From the IMG/VR virus record IMGVR_UViG_3300025408_000002: DNA of 64,000 nt. One strand, given 5' to 3'. The DNA comes from an uncultured virus (IMG/VR IMGVR_UViG_3300025408_000002) (taxonomy: Duplodnaviria > Heunggongvirae > Uroviricota > Caudoviricetes). Position numbers and translations under genes: made by a program. Positions 46,112-61,100 of this stretch are shown one piece after another. Position 1 is the stretch's first letter; the number at the start of each line of letters is the position of its first letter. The notes beneath the pieces are model-generated. The model had not been told where the DNA came from, did not search any database, and worked only from the letters and a program-made list of their open reading frames with translations.

Positions 46112-49100
46112 ATGAACCCACAGGAACCTCGCCTCGCGATTGCCCGCTCCCTGCGTCAGTACGTGCCGCACCTCGCGGATATGTCCGACGATGATGTGTT
46201 GCGCAGCATTGATGAAGTGTATCAGTCCGGCGACCCCGCGTATATCGGCAATCTGGTGAACGACCTGCGCCGCTACGTGCCTCGGTATTCGAAGATGGAC
46301 AGCACTTCGGTGGCGAACGAGATGGGCGGGTACTTCCAGGCGCCGCAGGCCCCGGCGGGCAGCCGTGTGCAGCCCGCGCGTCCGGTGGGTGATTACATGA
46401 CGGAAGAGTGGACGCGGATGTTCGGTGGCGAGGAACCGACGGCGCCGGGCATGCTCAACATCATGCGTGGAGTGACCGCGCCGTTTGTTCCGAGTGTGGA
46501 CATTGCATCGGCATCGACCCCGGCGAAACCGAAGCGCTTGTTCCCGACGGCCACTGCCGGCGCGTCCGCAGCACCGACCAAGCCGGAGCCGGGCAAGATC
46601 AGGACCGCGAAGGACGTTCAGGAAAAGGAATTCGACAAGCAGATCGGCCAGGCGCAGAAACGCAAGGCGGCGCGGCTTTTCCAACTGCCCGCACTCTCGC
46701 CGATAGAGCAGCAGGGTGGTGTGGCGTTGCCCTCGGAAACCATCCCTCCCGTGAACTTCGGCAGTCCCGAGCAGGCATTCGGTGATCCAAACGTGGCGCC
46801 GATGGCGGCTGGCATCAATCGCTCATTCCCCATACCCGGCGCGCAGCCGGACGGATGGGGTGATGTGCCTACGGAACTCCGCCTCTGGCCCGATCCCGCA
46901 CCCGCGTCCATGGTCAGCGGTGACATCGGGCGCACCTTCGAAGGTGAAGATCCCAAGGCCATGTTCAAGCGCGTGCGCGAATTCTCGGCGGGCAAGGTCG
47001 CGGAATTGGAGCGCCAACTCGCAGCGATCCCGCCGGCAAAGTGGCGCACGGACCCGTCTGCAGGTGCATACGAGGTGCACGATCAGTATTCGGGAAAGCG
47101 CCGCGCGCTGAATGAAGCACTCACGCAGTATCGCGCCATCCTCGATATGCCCGAGGACGACAACCCCGCCGAAGTGCTGCGAGGGCTCTACGCGGGATTC
47201 ATGGAGGCGCCGGAAGAACTCTTCCCGTTTGTGGGTGATGCCATCGCGGGGCTTCGCTCGTGGCGCATGGGTGATGTGGAGCGGCGCGTTGCCGAAGGGA
47301 AGGCCACGCCGGAAGAGAAGGAAATGTTCGATGCGGAAGTGGTCCGCAAGCAGTTCGAGGCGGAAACGCGCGCGCCGTTCTATCGTGGCGGCCAGATGGT
47401 GGGTCCGATGCTCCCGTATGCGGGAAAGTTCAAAATACTCGAACCTGTGCGGGACAAGGCGGAGCAGTTCATATCGCGGCAACTGTTCCGCGCGTTCGGT
47501 GGGAAACGCGGTGTACGCGATATGTCGCGTATCGTCGCGCCGATTGTCGGCGGGGCTACGGCAGGCGCGGTCGATGTTCCCGGTATCGCTCGTGGCATGG
47601 CCGAGCGCATGCAAGGGCAATACGAATACGGCCTGTCTCCCGCCGGCGAAGTCGTCTACCGTCAGATCGCCAAGGGCGACCCAATACTCGACGCCGCACT
47701 GAAGGGCCTGGCTTCCAACATGGCGGAGATGGGCACCGAGTCCGCGGGCGAATCGCTGATCGCACTAAAGCGCGCGCTCGTCGGGCGCTACATGCAGAAA
47801 GCCAATATCCGGGCTACGGACGTTGAGAAAGCCGTGGCGAAGGTGAAGGAGGGAATTGGCTGGCAGGGTATCATTTATGAAATCGCCGAGGAAGAGCTCA
47901 ACGAACCGATTCAGGCATGGATCGACAATCGGCAGTACGATGACCCCATCACCAGCGAGAAGGGCCGGGACCGGCTTCTTACGGAATTGGTGGGTATCGG
48001 ATTGTTCGGTTCGCCGTTCACCATCGTGAACCAGGCGGGACGCATCGCAAATCGTCGTGGCCTCGGGAAACCGAGCGATGTCAAGGCACAGGCAATGGCT
48101 GTCGCGGGTGCGGTGAAGCAGGCACCGGAAAAGACCGGATACTACGATCCCGCTACCAATACGTTCTATTCGCCCGAGCAACTTCAAGGAATGCGGCGAG
48201 TAGGAGAATTTCAGGACCGTCTCGCGCAAGGAAAAAGCGAACTCGAGCAGGCGCGTGGACCGCAAAGCTTCGGCAGCGAAAAGCGCATGGGCCGCGCTCC
48301 GAACCGCGCGGGCGCGGCATCGCAGCAGGCGGCACCGGAAATGCCGCCGGTATCGCAGTTCGAAGGTGTGGAAGGCGATTTGATCGCGCCGTTTCTCGGA
48401 CAGTCCATTACCATACCGGGTGTGGACAGCGGCAGGCCTGTGACCGTGGCGGAGCAGCAGGACGATCCTTCCCTCGTGACATTGCGGCTTTCGGACCAGA
48501 GCTTCCGCGCGCCCGGCACCACTGTGCAGATCGGCCGTCAACAGTTCTTCAACATGATGGCGAACGTCGACAGACCGATTGACGCCGCGAGCGACAAAAC
48601 GGGCGGTGCGAAACCTGCAACTCCGCAGGGTGCAACAACTTCCGGCAACGCGGGTATTGACACCGGACCGGACGGCGCACGCACGGATTTTCAGGACTAT
48701 CTCAAGAGCACGGGGCTTACCCCCGCCCAGCATTACGCGGCCAGCCGCAGCGAGAAGGACATCATCCCGCAGCCCAAGGCGGACCTCGACCGGGTGTATC
48801 TCTCGAACAGCCCCATCCACGGGCAGGGCGTTTTCACCTACAACGAGCACCCCGCCGGCGATGTGATAGCGACGGCGCTGGACGAAAAGGGAAACCGCAC
48901 CAACTTCGTCGGGCGGTACATCAACCATTCCAACGACCCGAACGTGAGTGTGGAGCAGCAGCAGGATGGCAGTTACGCGATTGTGGCGCGACGGCCCCTC
49001 GGCGAAGGCGAAGAACTCACGATGGATTACCGGCAGCAGGAATCGATAGCAGGCGGCATTCTCGATGTGTCGAAGCCCGCCGCCGCGCCTTCCGAGGCAG

Positions 49101-52100
49101 CACGGAAAACGCGCGAACGCGCGGACATCGTCAAGCGCCTGCGATCCGGCGAACTCGATCCGGTTGAAGCGGTGCGGATGTACGAGAAGGATCACCCGAA
49201 GCTCCGCACGTGGGCGGCATGGAACGAAGCGCGAAAGCCGATCAACACCCTTACGTACAAAGGCAAGAAGGCCAATGTGTTGCGCTCGCCGGATGGCGGC
49301 TATGATGTGATCGGTGTGAAAGGCAATGAATTCCTCGGCAATCTCAGCGATCAAGAGTACGCGAAGATGCTGGATACGCGCGGGAAACGCAGTGCCGTGG
49401 CGCAGAAAAAGGCGGGAGAGATGGTGCTCATCACGCCGGAAGCGCTGGAAAGCATGCCCGCCACCAAGGCCATTTTCGGTTCGGGCGTGGGCGACATCAC
49501 CGGCGATATGCTGGACAATGTGAAGGTGGGCTCGAACCCGGTACGCGCCAAGAACCTCGTGAAAAAGGATGGCCCGCTCACGTATGACAAAATCCGGGAG
49601 CGCTTGCTGGAATCCGACAATCCTACGCATCAGGCCTGGCTGGCTGAAGGGTTGGATTGGGAGGACATCTACGACAAGGCCTTGGAGGAGATCGCGCAGT
49701 ACCAGGGCGGGAAGATTCCCAAGGCGCCCGTGACTGAACCCGACAACCCCATGGCGGACGTGACCACCTACCTCGATTCGTTGAAGCCCGACGAATTTGT
49801 GCGTGTGTGGCAGAGCGTGGGCGACGAACAGAAGAAACAGTACCTCGGCGATGACTACCAGGACATGACCGTTGACGAGATCGCGCAACTCAAGCGCGTG
49901 AACGTCAATGGTGAGTGGTACGACGTGAAGCAGGAGGGCGGACCCGAAGGCGAACTCATTCTCGAGGATGGCACAACGCTGTCCTTCGACAGAGTATTCT
50001 CAGCCGACGTGAAACTGCCTGTGCAGGATGTGGAAAAAGGCACCGCGGCCGCGTCCCAAGCTCCCGACACGGTGCGCGCGGCGGAAGACACGGCTGCGGC
50101 GCCCATTTCCAATGAGGGCTCGCTCTTTGGCGACATTCCCCAAGGTTCGCGAAAGCTCACGCCCGAGCAGGAATTCGCAACGAAGAATCCGGGACAGGCG
50201 GCACAGGGGGCCCGCAACGCCCGGCAGGAGGAGCGGCGCAAAGCCGTAGCGGACGCGCGTGCACGCATGGCGAAGCTCAAGGAGGAATTGGCCCTCCATC
50301 GCCGCGAATTGCCGCTGGCGCGACCTGAGCAGAAGCCGAAAGTGCAGGATGCTATCCGCCAGACCCTGGCGAAAATGCGTGCGCTGCAGAAGGTGATCGG
50401 CGACGCGCCGATCGTTGAAGAGATCGAGAAGCAGAACGCGCCGGATATGTTCGCGGTGGAGGAAGGACCGGCGGCGGGACAGACGGTGGCGGCCGATCCG
50501 AGCGAGGGACAGAAGGAAGCGGGCAACTACAAGAAGGCGCATGTACGTGTGCAGGGTCTCGACATCAGCATCGAGAACCCGAAGGGAACCACGCGCAGCG
50601 GTGTCGACCGCGATGGCAAGCGCTGGGAAACCGAGATGAAGAGCGACTACGGTTACATCCGTGGCACGGAGGGGAAGGACAAGGACCACATCGACGTGTT
50701 TATCGGTCCGAACCCCGACAGCGATTTCGTTCTCGTGGTGAACCAGAAGAACGAGGACGGGAAATTCGACGAGCACAAGATCATGCTCGGCTTCGGTTCG
50801 CGCGAAGAGGCGGAAGAGGGTTATCTGGCAAACTACGCGCCGAACTGGCTGAAAAAGCAGGGCGGGAAGCTCGATGCCGTGGAAACCAACGTCGCCGACA
50901 TGAAGGACTGGCTGCGTAGCGGGGAGACGAAGAAACCGCATCCCGCAAATGATCCGATGGTTCTTCCTGTGACAGAAACACTATCTCCTGAATTGCTTGC
51001 ACGAGACTGGCGGAAACGTCGCGGGGAAAAGGTCGTATTGAATGTTCTCGGGAGCCAACGGCCCGGTGAATATACGGTGGCGGAAGATCAAAGTGGGCTT
51101 ACTCAAAAGGAGAGGCATGTCGTTCGATTGGTGGCGCCGGATGGTGGCATACGCTTGGTCGATGCACGAAACATCCGTGAGATAAAGCGTGAGGAGCAGG
51201 CGCTCCCCACCCCTGCCGCCGAACTCACGCCCCAGGAGAAGGCGAAGCAGGAACTCGAAGAACTCAAGAAGAAATTCCTCCAGCAGACGGGGAACACCCT
51301 CACCGCCGGTATTGATCCGGCCGCCATGGCGACAGCCGTGCAGATCGCGCTGAAATACACCGAACTCGGTGTGTACAAATTCGCCGATTTCGCAAAGGCG
51401 GCATACGAGCTGGTAGGCGACGCCATCACGCCGTACCTGAAAGGCGCGTACATGGCCGCGAAGCAGCATCTCGACCGCGAAGCGCGGAAGCAGATGGACA
51501 CCGAGGACGCGGTGGACGATGCGAACCTCGATGCGCTGTTGTCGTCGGCCGAGCAGCAGACCCCGCCCAAGCCGGAAGCACCCGCGAAGAAGCCGGTGGT
51601 TGAATCTGCCAGTTTGAAACGCCCGAATAATTGGCTGAGAAACAGCGCGGTCAGAAATGTCGTCTACCATGGTACAGCCGACGATATTGATGTGTTCAGC
51701 AATGACGGTCTGGCGAATGGTGGAGTATGGGGAACCGCGTTCTACTTGACGGCGGACCCCACGGATGCAGAGGATTGGGCGGCGGGAGCCGTGGACGTGC
51801 GCGGAGGATCACCCAGCATCATGCCGCTGTGGGTTCGTATTGAGAATCCGTTCTATATCGACCGGCCGGAAGCGCGACGCGCGGCACTGGCCGAAGCAAG
51901 GAAGCAAGGGATTGATATTCCCGCCAGCGTACTCCCGTGGCTCGAAGGCAAAGCGGAGCAGGGCTTGGATGCTTCGATATGGGCGGAAGAGAATCTTGCT
52001 GACATAGTGAAAGCCATGGGGCACGATGGCATCATCGGCACAATCGACGGTGTTGAAAACTACGCCGTTTTCAGCAACGAACAGATCAGAAGCGCAACGG

Positions 52101-55100
52101 CAAATACATCCGATACGGAAAGCGAGAGCCCGTCAGAGCCGAAAGAGCCCGCGAAAACCCCCGAAAAGCAGCCGGCAGCGACGCAGGCGGCCCCCGAATC
52201 CCGCGAGGGTGCGAACGACAAGGACCCGGACGCCCCGACGCAGTTCAGGGAAGGAGATCGCGTGGTGTTCAACTCCAACGCTTTCGATGTGTACCGTGGG
52301 CGCCACGGTGTTATCGTCGACGTGTCAATCGAGACCTTTTCGATGGTCCCAATGTTTGGAGCCGGTACGAGCGAGAGGATGCGCTCGGTGCGCTACGAAG
52401 TGAAAACCGATGGCGGGTTGCTCGCCATCTCCAACGCCGACGATTTGGGATTGGAAGAGGGCGCCGCACCGGAAGTGGTGCCGGATGTGAAGGTCAGTAA
52501 AGGCGAGATCGAACCGCAATACATGGCGCCTGCGGATGTGGTCAGGCAGATACGCCGTCATCAAAACACCATCGACAACTTGAAATCGGCGGCATCCCGC
52601 GCGCGTAAGCAAGAGATCATACGACGATATGAGGTTGATGCGCGATGGCACGGAGAGAAGCGGGACGATTTGATCGAAGCACTGCGGAAGTGGGGCACAG
52701 AGCACCCCAAGGAGCTGCGTGACATCGGCGAGGACGCAACCCTGCGTAAGCATGGATTGGGTGATTTACTTGGTGAATCAACGCCGGCAGCCGCACCATC
52801 CGCCAAACCCGCAGGGGCAGAGCCGCCCGCAGCAGATCAGATGGAAGCGGCGCGGCGCGTGCTGGCCGCAGCCGGATTGAAGGTGACCGCCACCACGACG
52901 AACAACGGCAAGCCGGTGTGGGAAGTGAGTGGCAACACGAAAACGCATCTCGACCACATGAAAGCGCTGCGTGGTCGCTGGTACGGTCCGAAAAAAGTGT
53001 GGTCGTTCTACGCGGCCGACCCATCGATCGATTTGGCGAAGCGCCTGGACCCTACCGCGATGACGGCGCGCCCGGCAACCCCGGCAGAACCGACACCGCA
53101 GGCGACGCCAGCGGTGGACACCAATCGCTCGATAGTGAAGCGCGTGGAATCGGCGACCACCGAATCCGCGCGAAGCAACATCTTTGCGGAGCTGGGAAGC
53201 AAGGCCGTTCCAGGTTTGCGAATGCAGGAGCACGAGGAAGCCGGACGCTGGGTGTATCTGGTTGCGAAAGGAGAAGTCGCGCAGAGCGAATTCGACGCAA
53301 AAATAGAGGAGTGGCGCAGAGAGAACCGGATTCGGCAGAACGAGCAGACGCCCAAGGATACCCCGGTCATGCCGCCGGAGGAGCGGCCCATTCCCACCTT
53401 CGCCACGGCGCCGCGCACAGAGCCGGTGGAACGCATGGAAGCAATCGAATCACTGCGCGATGCGGTGTATGAGCGATTGTCGATGGGCCTGTCCCTCAAC
53501 AATACGATGTTCTGGCAGATGGCGGACAGGGCCTTTGGTGCTTCTCGCGCGGAGGACGGCTACGATGTGAAGGACGCATACGACGCACTGGAAGCGGCGG
53601 TGAACACCTACATCATCGAGAAGGAACTCTTCCCCGGACGCAACATCGCGGAGACGCGCGCGGTGCTCGAACGTATTCGCCAAGTGCTGCCGCTCATTCC
53701 GACGCAGAACGTGAGAACGGCCGAAAGCGACGAATTCCAGCAATTCTCCACCGTTCCTCACATCGCACTTCTTGCGAACTGGCTGGCGAATCTGCGCAGG
53801 GATGATGTCTACCTCGAACCCAGCGCGGGTGTGGGTGGACTGGCATCATTCGCGGTTGGCGACGTTGCGGAAATCATCCTCAACGAGCTCAGCGACCGCA
53901 GGGCGGATATTCTCGAGCAAACGCTCGGCGAAGTGGAGAACGGCCCGAAGATGCAGTTCTTCCGCGAGAATGCTGAACAGCTCGACAACATCCTCGATGA
54001 CAGCGTTGTGCCGACGGTGGTGGTGATGAATCCGCCATTCTCGTCCACCGCGGGCGCCGTGCAGGGCGAGCGCGACACGATGAATTCGACGCTCCATCTC
54101 GATCAGATGTTGCGGCGCTTGCCGGAAGGTGGTAGGTTGGTGGCGGTGCTTGGCGAGGGAGCGACGATGAGCGCGGAGACCACGGACCCGGCCGGACGGC
54201 AGCCGACCGGCGCGAAGCTCGCACCGTGGTGGCGCGAGACGATGAAAAAGTACAATGTCCGCGCGAATGTGGGCATTGCGGGCAAGGAATACGCGAAGTA
54301 CGGCACCGGATGGCCGGTGCGCATCGTCGTGATCGACAAGGACGGTCCGACGCCGGGCGGTGGTGTGTATCAGAAATTCTACAACACCATCGAAGAGGCA
54401 CTTGCTGATAGCGAACTCCGGAGGATACGTGATGAAAGGCCAGCAACTGAACTACCCGATCAACCAGCAGGCGCTGGAAGCGCTGCGGGAACTCAGGGAA
54501 CCGGCGGACAGAAACTACCCACCGATACTCGACCTGATGTGGTGGGGACTGGAGAACAACGTCCCGCTCCAGGACGAGGAGATGCGGGAGGACTTCAAGA
54601 TGTTCTTGGTGAAGATGATGGATCGCCCGGAAAACGTAATGCAGTTCCTGACGGACGGGCAGCCCGAGAACGCGAACTTCAGCAGCAAGGATCCAAAGGA
54701 ACGCGCAAGGGAAGCGCTGGACCTGCTCTGGATGGCAACGACCCCCGATTCCGAGTCGATACCGGAAATCTGATGGAATACACGGTGGACCCGGACAGGT
54801 CCGCCGATGCGCAGCAATCTGACAACCTCGACAGCCGATTCGACCGCTACGTGCCGTCGCGCATGAGCATTGCCGGTGCGAAGCCGCATCCGGGCAATAT
54901 CGTGGAAAGCGCCGCCATGGCGAGCGTGAAAGCGGTACGGCCGACATACGTGCCGATGTTCAGCAAGGAGTTTGTTGAATCGGGCATTCTCTCCGAAGTG
55001 CAGCTCGAAGCGGTGATTTACGCGGGACAGGCGCACGAGCAACACATCGACGATGGGTTGCGGCGTGGGTTCTTCATCGGCGACGGTACGGGTGTGGGCA

Positions 55101-58100
55101 AGGGCCGCGAAATCGCGGGGATCCTGCTCGACAACTGGAATCAGGGACGCCGGCGCCACCTCTGGATTACCAAGAACCAGAAATTGCAGGCGGACGCGGA
55201 GCGCGACATCCTTGCGGTGTTCGGCGAAAAGGCGGGTGGATTGCTGCACAACCTCAGCGATACGAAGCTGGATCAGAACATCGCCATCGATGAAGGGATT
55301 CTCTTCATCACGTACAACACCCTCATTCAGGAAAGCCGGACCTCCGCCGGGCGCACGCGCCTGAAACAGATCGTTGATTGGCTGGGCAAGGACTTTGAAG
55401 GTGTTATCGCCTTCGATGAAGCCCACAAGATGGGTACCGCGCTCGACATGAAGGGCAAGCGCGGAGTGAAGAAGGCATCGCAGACGGCCATCAAGGCAAT
55501 GGACATGGTGGCGGCATTCCCGGAGGCGCGCGTGGTGTACGCCTCCGCCACCGGCGCCACCGATCCGACAAACCTTGGCTATCTCGACCGCATTGGGTTG
55601 TGGGGAGCAAGCACCGAATTCCCGACGAAGCTCAAGTTCGTGGAGGATGTGACGGGCGCGGGCGTGGCGATGATGGAGTACGTTGCCCGCGATATGAAGG
55701 CGATGGGCCTGTATCTCGCGCGGTCCCTGTCCTACGAGGATGTAACCTTTGAAACTCTCACGCACGCACTCAGTCCCGAGCAGCGGGAAATCTGGAACAC
55801 GCTGAGCGATTCCTGGGCGGTGGTCCTCGACAATATCAACGATGCGCTCGAACTCACGGCCAGCAATTCCGATGGTAAGGTGGATGGTCGTGTGAAGGCG
55901 CGATTGATGAGTCAGTTTTGGGGCGCGAATCTGCGGTTCTGGAATCAGATACTGTTGTCGATGCAGCTCCCGTCCATGATCGCCGACATTCACAAGCAGA
56001 TAGACGCGGGTAACAGCGTCCTCATTCAGCTCGTGAACACCTACGAGGCGGCGCAGGAATCGAAGTTGTCCACGGCCGACAAGGAGGACCTGGAAGCGCT
56101 TGACATGACACCGCGCGAATCGTTGATGGCGATGGTGGAGCGCACCTTCCCCGTAAACGAGTACCGGGAGATTGAGGACGAGAACGGCAACAAGCGCATG
56201 GAGCTCGTGCTCGACAGCAAGGGCAACCCCGTGCAGAACCGCGAAGCCCTGCGCATGCGCGAACGGCTTCTGGATCGTCTCTCGCAAATCGTGATACCGG
56301 ACGCGCCGCTCGATGCCATTATCACCGAGTTTGGCGCGGACATGGTTGCGGAAGTGACCGGGCGCAGCCGTCGCGTGGTTCGTACATACGATACTAAATC
56401 CGGGCGGCAGAAAACCATCATCGAGAAACGGAGCAGCGCGAAGGCGGACGTGGAGGCCGACGATTTCATGAACGACCGTCGGAAGATTCTCATTTTCTCC
56501 GATGCCGGCGGCACCGGACGGTCTTATCACGCGGATCGCGCGGCGAAGAACCAGCGCAAGCGCATTCATTACGTGTTTCAGCCTGGCTGGGTGGCGAACA
56601 TGGCCATTCAGGGCATGGGACGCAGCCACCGCACCAACCAGGCGGCGGCACCGCATTACGTGCTCGTTACCACCGACCTCGAAGGTCAGAAACGATTCAT
56701 TTCCACCATCGCGCGGCGGCTTTCGCAACTCGGCGCACTCACGCGCGGGCAGCGCGATGCCGCGGGCGGCTCCCTGTTCAGCGAGCGTGACAATCTCGAA
56801 AGCGTGGAATCGCGCGAAGCGTTGCGCCAACTTTACGTCGACGTGTGGCGCGGCGTAGTCCCGAATCTCACGCTCGCGGAGTTCGAGAACAAAACCTCGC
56901 TGAAACTCACCGACAAGGACGGAGCGCTCCTTGAAACGCTGCCGCCGATGTCGCAATTCCTGAATCGCCTGCTCAATCTCGGTGTCGACACGCAGAACCT
57001 GATATTCCAGGCGCTGTCCTCCCGCATCGATGCGAAGATTCACGAAGCCACGCTGAACGGTACCTTGGACCTTGGCATGGAATCGGTAAAGGCGGAACGC
57101 GCGGAAGTGGCAACCTCGCGCATTGTGCACACCGATGAGCGCACCGGCGCGAAAACGCGGTACCTGCGCATTCGTCTGTTCACGAAGGCGGTACGGCGCG
57201 AATGGGAAACGAGCGGCGCGGAAAAGGCGGAGAAGTGGGTGCGCAACATCCGCAGTGGTCGTGTGTACGCGGTGTTCCCGAGCACGAATTATACTGATGC
57301 GAAGACGGGCAAGGTGCTGAAACGCAACGTGCTCGCAAGCGTGACCGGCACGCAGTATCTGCCGACAACCGACGTTGACGATGCGACCAAGTACGAGATT
57401 CTGTCGAAGAACGAGGCGAAGGCGGCATGGAAAAAGGACTATGAAGCCGCTCCCGAACTCAAGGAATCGGAACTCCACATGATTACCGGCGCGTTGCTGC
57501 CGGTGTTCTCCCGCCTTCCGAGTGGCGGCAGTATCAAGGTGCAGCGCGTAAAGCTCGATGACGGGACCAGCATTCTCGGCCGCGTGATCCTGGAAAAGGA
57601 CGTGAACGATATGCTCCGGCGCCTCGGCGCGGAAGGAGAGCAAATCGAGTACGCGCCCGAGGAAGTGGTTGCACGGATCGTCAATGACAACTACGAGGCG
57701 GAGTTCGCCAACGGCTGGCGCATGCGCCGGCGCACGGTGAACGGTCAGGATCGTATCGAGTTCATCAATACGTCCTTGAAATCGGGTGATTCGCAACTTC
57801 TGCAGAACGCGGGAGTGGTGTTCGAGCGGCAGAGCTACGAGTCGCGACACTACCTTCCCACGGGACGGCGCGGCGAGGAAGTGCTCAAAAAATTGGCGGG
57901 TCTCAACAAGAAGATCATTGCCATGTATCCGCCGGAAACAGGTGAAGGCGAAGTGGATGCGAAAAGCGCCGTTATCCACCGCGCGCAACGCCAAAGCACC
58001 GGAACCTCGCCCACCCCTCCGCCAACGGCAATCCCGACACGGCGCTACTCCGTTCCGCAGCCGGCGGCATGGACGCAAACGCCGACGACCACGCGCGAAG

Positions 58101-61100
58101 CGCAGCGCCTGGAAAAGCGCATGCGCGGCGACAGCAAAGGCGAGCGCATCGGTATGCGGTCAATCGTGGATTGGCTCGGGCGCCAGGTGCACGCGGAACT
58201 GCGCGTCGGCAAGGAGCAAACCACGCGGCGCAATCCCGCGCATTTCGAGAGCGACAGCGCGATCATGCGGTCCCGGTATCCGTCAAGCGCGGCGTACAAC
58301 ATGCACGAGATGGGACACGCGATCAGCGGCTACCTGCGCGATCGGCACCCGAACCTGTTCCGCGGCATGGTCGATGATTTGAAGGCGCTCGCCACGGCTC
58401 CGGGAAGTCTGGCCTCGGCAAACTCGGCCGAAGAGGGCTTCGCGGAATGGCTGCGGTTGTTCGTGACCAATTACGGCGCCATCGACGGTCTTCCCGTGAC
58501 ACAGAAGATCGAAACCGTACTCGAGAAGGATTCGCCCGAACTCATGGCAGCGCTGCGCGATGCGAACCGATTGCACTTCCTGCATGCGCAACGCGGCGCC
58601 GTCGCCATACGCAACTCAATCAACAACGACAAAGGTCTGCCGCCTCCGTTCTGGTCGCGCGCGCTCGACAGCATCGACAAGATTCTCTTCGAGGGTGTAT
58701 CCTCCCGCCACGCCATTGAACATATTCGGCGCATGGTATGGCGGCAGTGGAAGCACGGCGCGGGTATTCCGCGAATGACGGGAAAGACCTGGGCGGAGTA
58801 CGGCCGCATGATCCGCGAATATCTCGCCGGGCGAAAAAGCGCGGTGAAGCAGGCGCGGGAGTGGGAGAAGCGTATCGCGAACTCGCCGGGCAACATGATG
58901 AGCGCCTACGTGACCGTGCTTCGCATCCCGCAGGAAGTGGATTACTTCATTCGCGGTACCGGACGCAAGGAACACAGCGGACAGCGTGTAATCGCCACGG
59001 GCGACAAACGCATCCTCACCGATGAAGCCATTGATACTCTGGAGAAAGCCGGCTACACCATCCCCGTGGAGATGCGCGACACATCGAGCATGGGCAAGAG
59101 CTGGCGCGCGCGGCACGGCGATTACATCTTCTTCCACAATCGTCTCATCGCCGATGTGGTGACGGATGTCGGTCCCGACAATTGGGAGGCATTCGAGCAG
59201 TACGTGTGGGACAAGACCGATTTGTACCGGCATGAGAAATTGGGAATGGACTACGCCGGATACAGCGACGGCATCAGCCCCGAGGACTTGCGCAGGCAGG
59301 TGGCGGACGCCGAAAAGGCGCATCCCGAGTGGAAGGATCGGTACAAGGAACTCAACGACTACATGGACAACCTTGCCGTGATCGCGGTGGCGGGCGGGCT
59401 GATTACCGCCGACCAGGCAGCGGCGATGAAAAAGAAGCACGAGCAGTACGTCCCTCTTCTCAAGGAGCGCGAGCGTGAGGAAAACGGCTTCGGTTCATCC
59501 ACCGGCGTGCAGATCAGCGCAAAGTACAGGCGGGCGCACGGGTCCGAACTTCCGAAAATCCCGCTTCTGAATTCCATCGAGATTCGCACCCGGCAAGTGC
59601 TGAGCGCGTACTATCACAATCGTATGGCTCTCGCCCCCGTGCGGCTCGCGGAGATGACTTCGAACGACAACACCGTGCCGTACGATGTCCGCAAGCTCGT
59701 TGAGCGCATGGCGGTGCGTTTGCGGCTCGATACGAAGAAAATGGCGACCCTTGGCGAAGAGGAAGCGCGGAAGGTGATCGCCGAATATCTCACACAGCAA
59801 CTGCATGCCGAAATCCGCGCGCGCGAAGGCGAGGACGCGGACATTCCCGAGGAGATCAAGGTCACGGCCAGCGATGTCGTGGTGCATTGGTCCGGCATGA
59901 GCATTTTCCGCACCACCGATCCGCGCGCGGTGCACGTGATCGCGCCCATGGTCGACGGAGAGCGCGCGTTCTATCAGATCGAGGATCCCATTCTCTATGA
60001 TTTCTTCGCGCGCAGCACAAAGCCGGTGGGGAAGGTGGCGCGCGGCATTCAACGGTGGGTGCTGCCCGTGGTCGCGCCGTGGAAGCGCCAGATTACTCAG
60101 ACGCTGCGATTCGTCCTGGGCAACATCCCGCGCGATACAGTCACGGCCATGTTCACCGGGGAAGGCATGAAAAGCTTGATCCCCGCGTACTATCACCTTA
60201 CCGGACTGATATACAAGCTCTCGGGCAAGGTGCCGGACACGGCCACAACCGGGCAACTCCTGGCGCGGTCGTTTGAAACAGCGTTCGATCCCGCACAGCT
60301 CGTGCGCATGAACAAATTCAAGCAGACCCTGATGGAAGGGTTGATGGTGCCGGGTTGGGGCGTGATGACGCGCGGCGAGCGCATTATGGCGATTATCAAG
60401 GACGCTCCGGGTAAACTCGCAACGCTGTTCATGAAGCCGACGGAGCTGATCCTGTGGGCAACGGGACAGCGTGCACTCGCCGAACTCTCCGAGGAAAGCG
60501 CCCGACTCGGTGCGTATCGGCAGGCGAAAAACGAGGGATACAGCGACGAGGAAGCGCAGATGCGCTACGACATCATCACCGGACTGTTCGCGGATCGTCC
60601 GGGCGACAACGACATCGCCACATTCGTGCGCGCTCCCGGCTTCCTCAACCCGACGATGCAGATCATGTACGGCTGGCTGTCGCGGCTGACCGATCCCGAC
60701 CCTGGTGTGCGCAATTTCCATTACCTCAAGATCGGGTATATCGGCGCTCTGACGGCGCTGGGTTGGGCCGTGAACATACTGCTCATGGGCGATGACGAGT
60801 ACGAAAAACTCAAGGAACGCCCGGACGAGGAGCGCTTCCACTTCATGCCTGTCGGCGGGCTTTTCAAGGTGCCGTTCGACAATGGGCCGCTCGGCGCGAC
60901 GCAAATGTTCGTGTGGAACATGATGGACCACATGGCTGGCGGCGACCCGGTTGAGGCGCGAAAGCTCGCAACGCAGACGCTGAAGAAGATGAATTCCCTG
61001 CCGTATACGCCAACGGAATTCCTCTCCCCGCAAATCGTGACGTGGGTGGAGCTGATGGCGAATTACAAGTTCTATTGGGACAAGCAGATCGTACCGCAGT

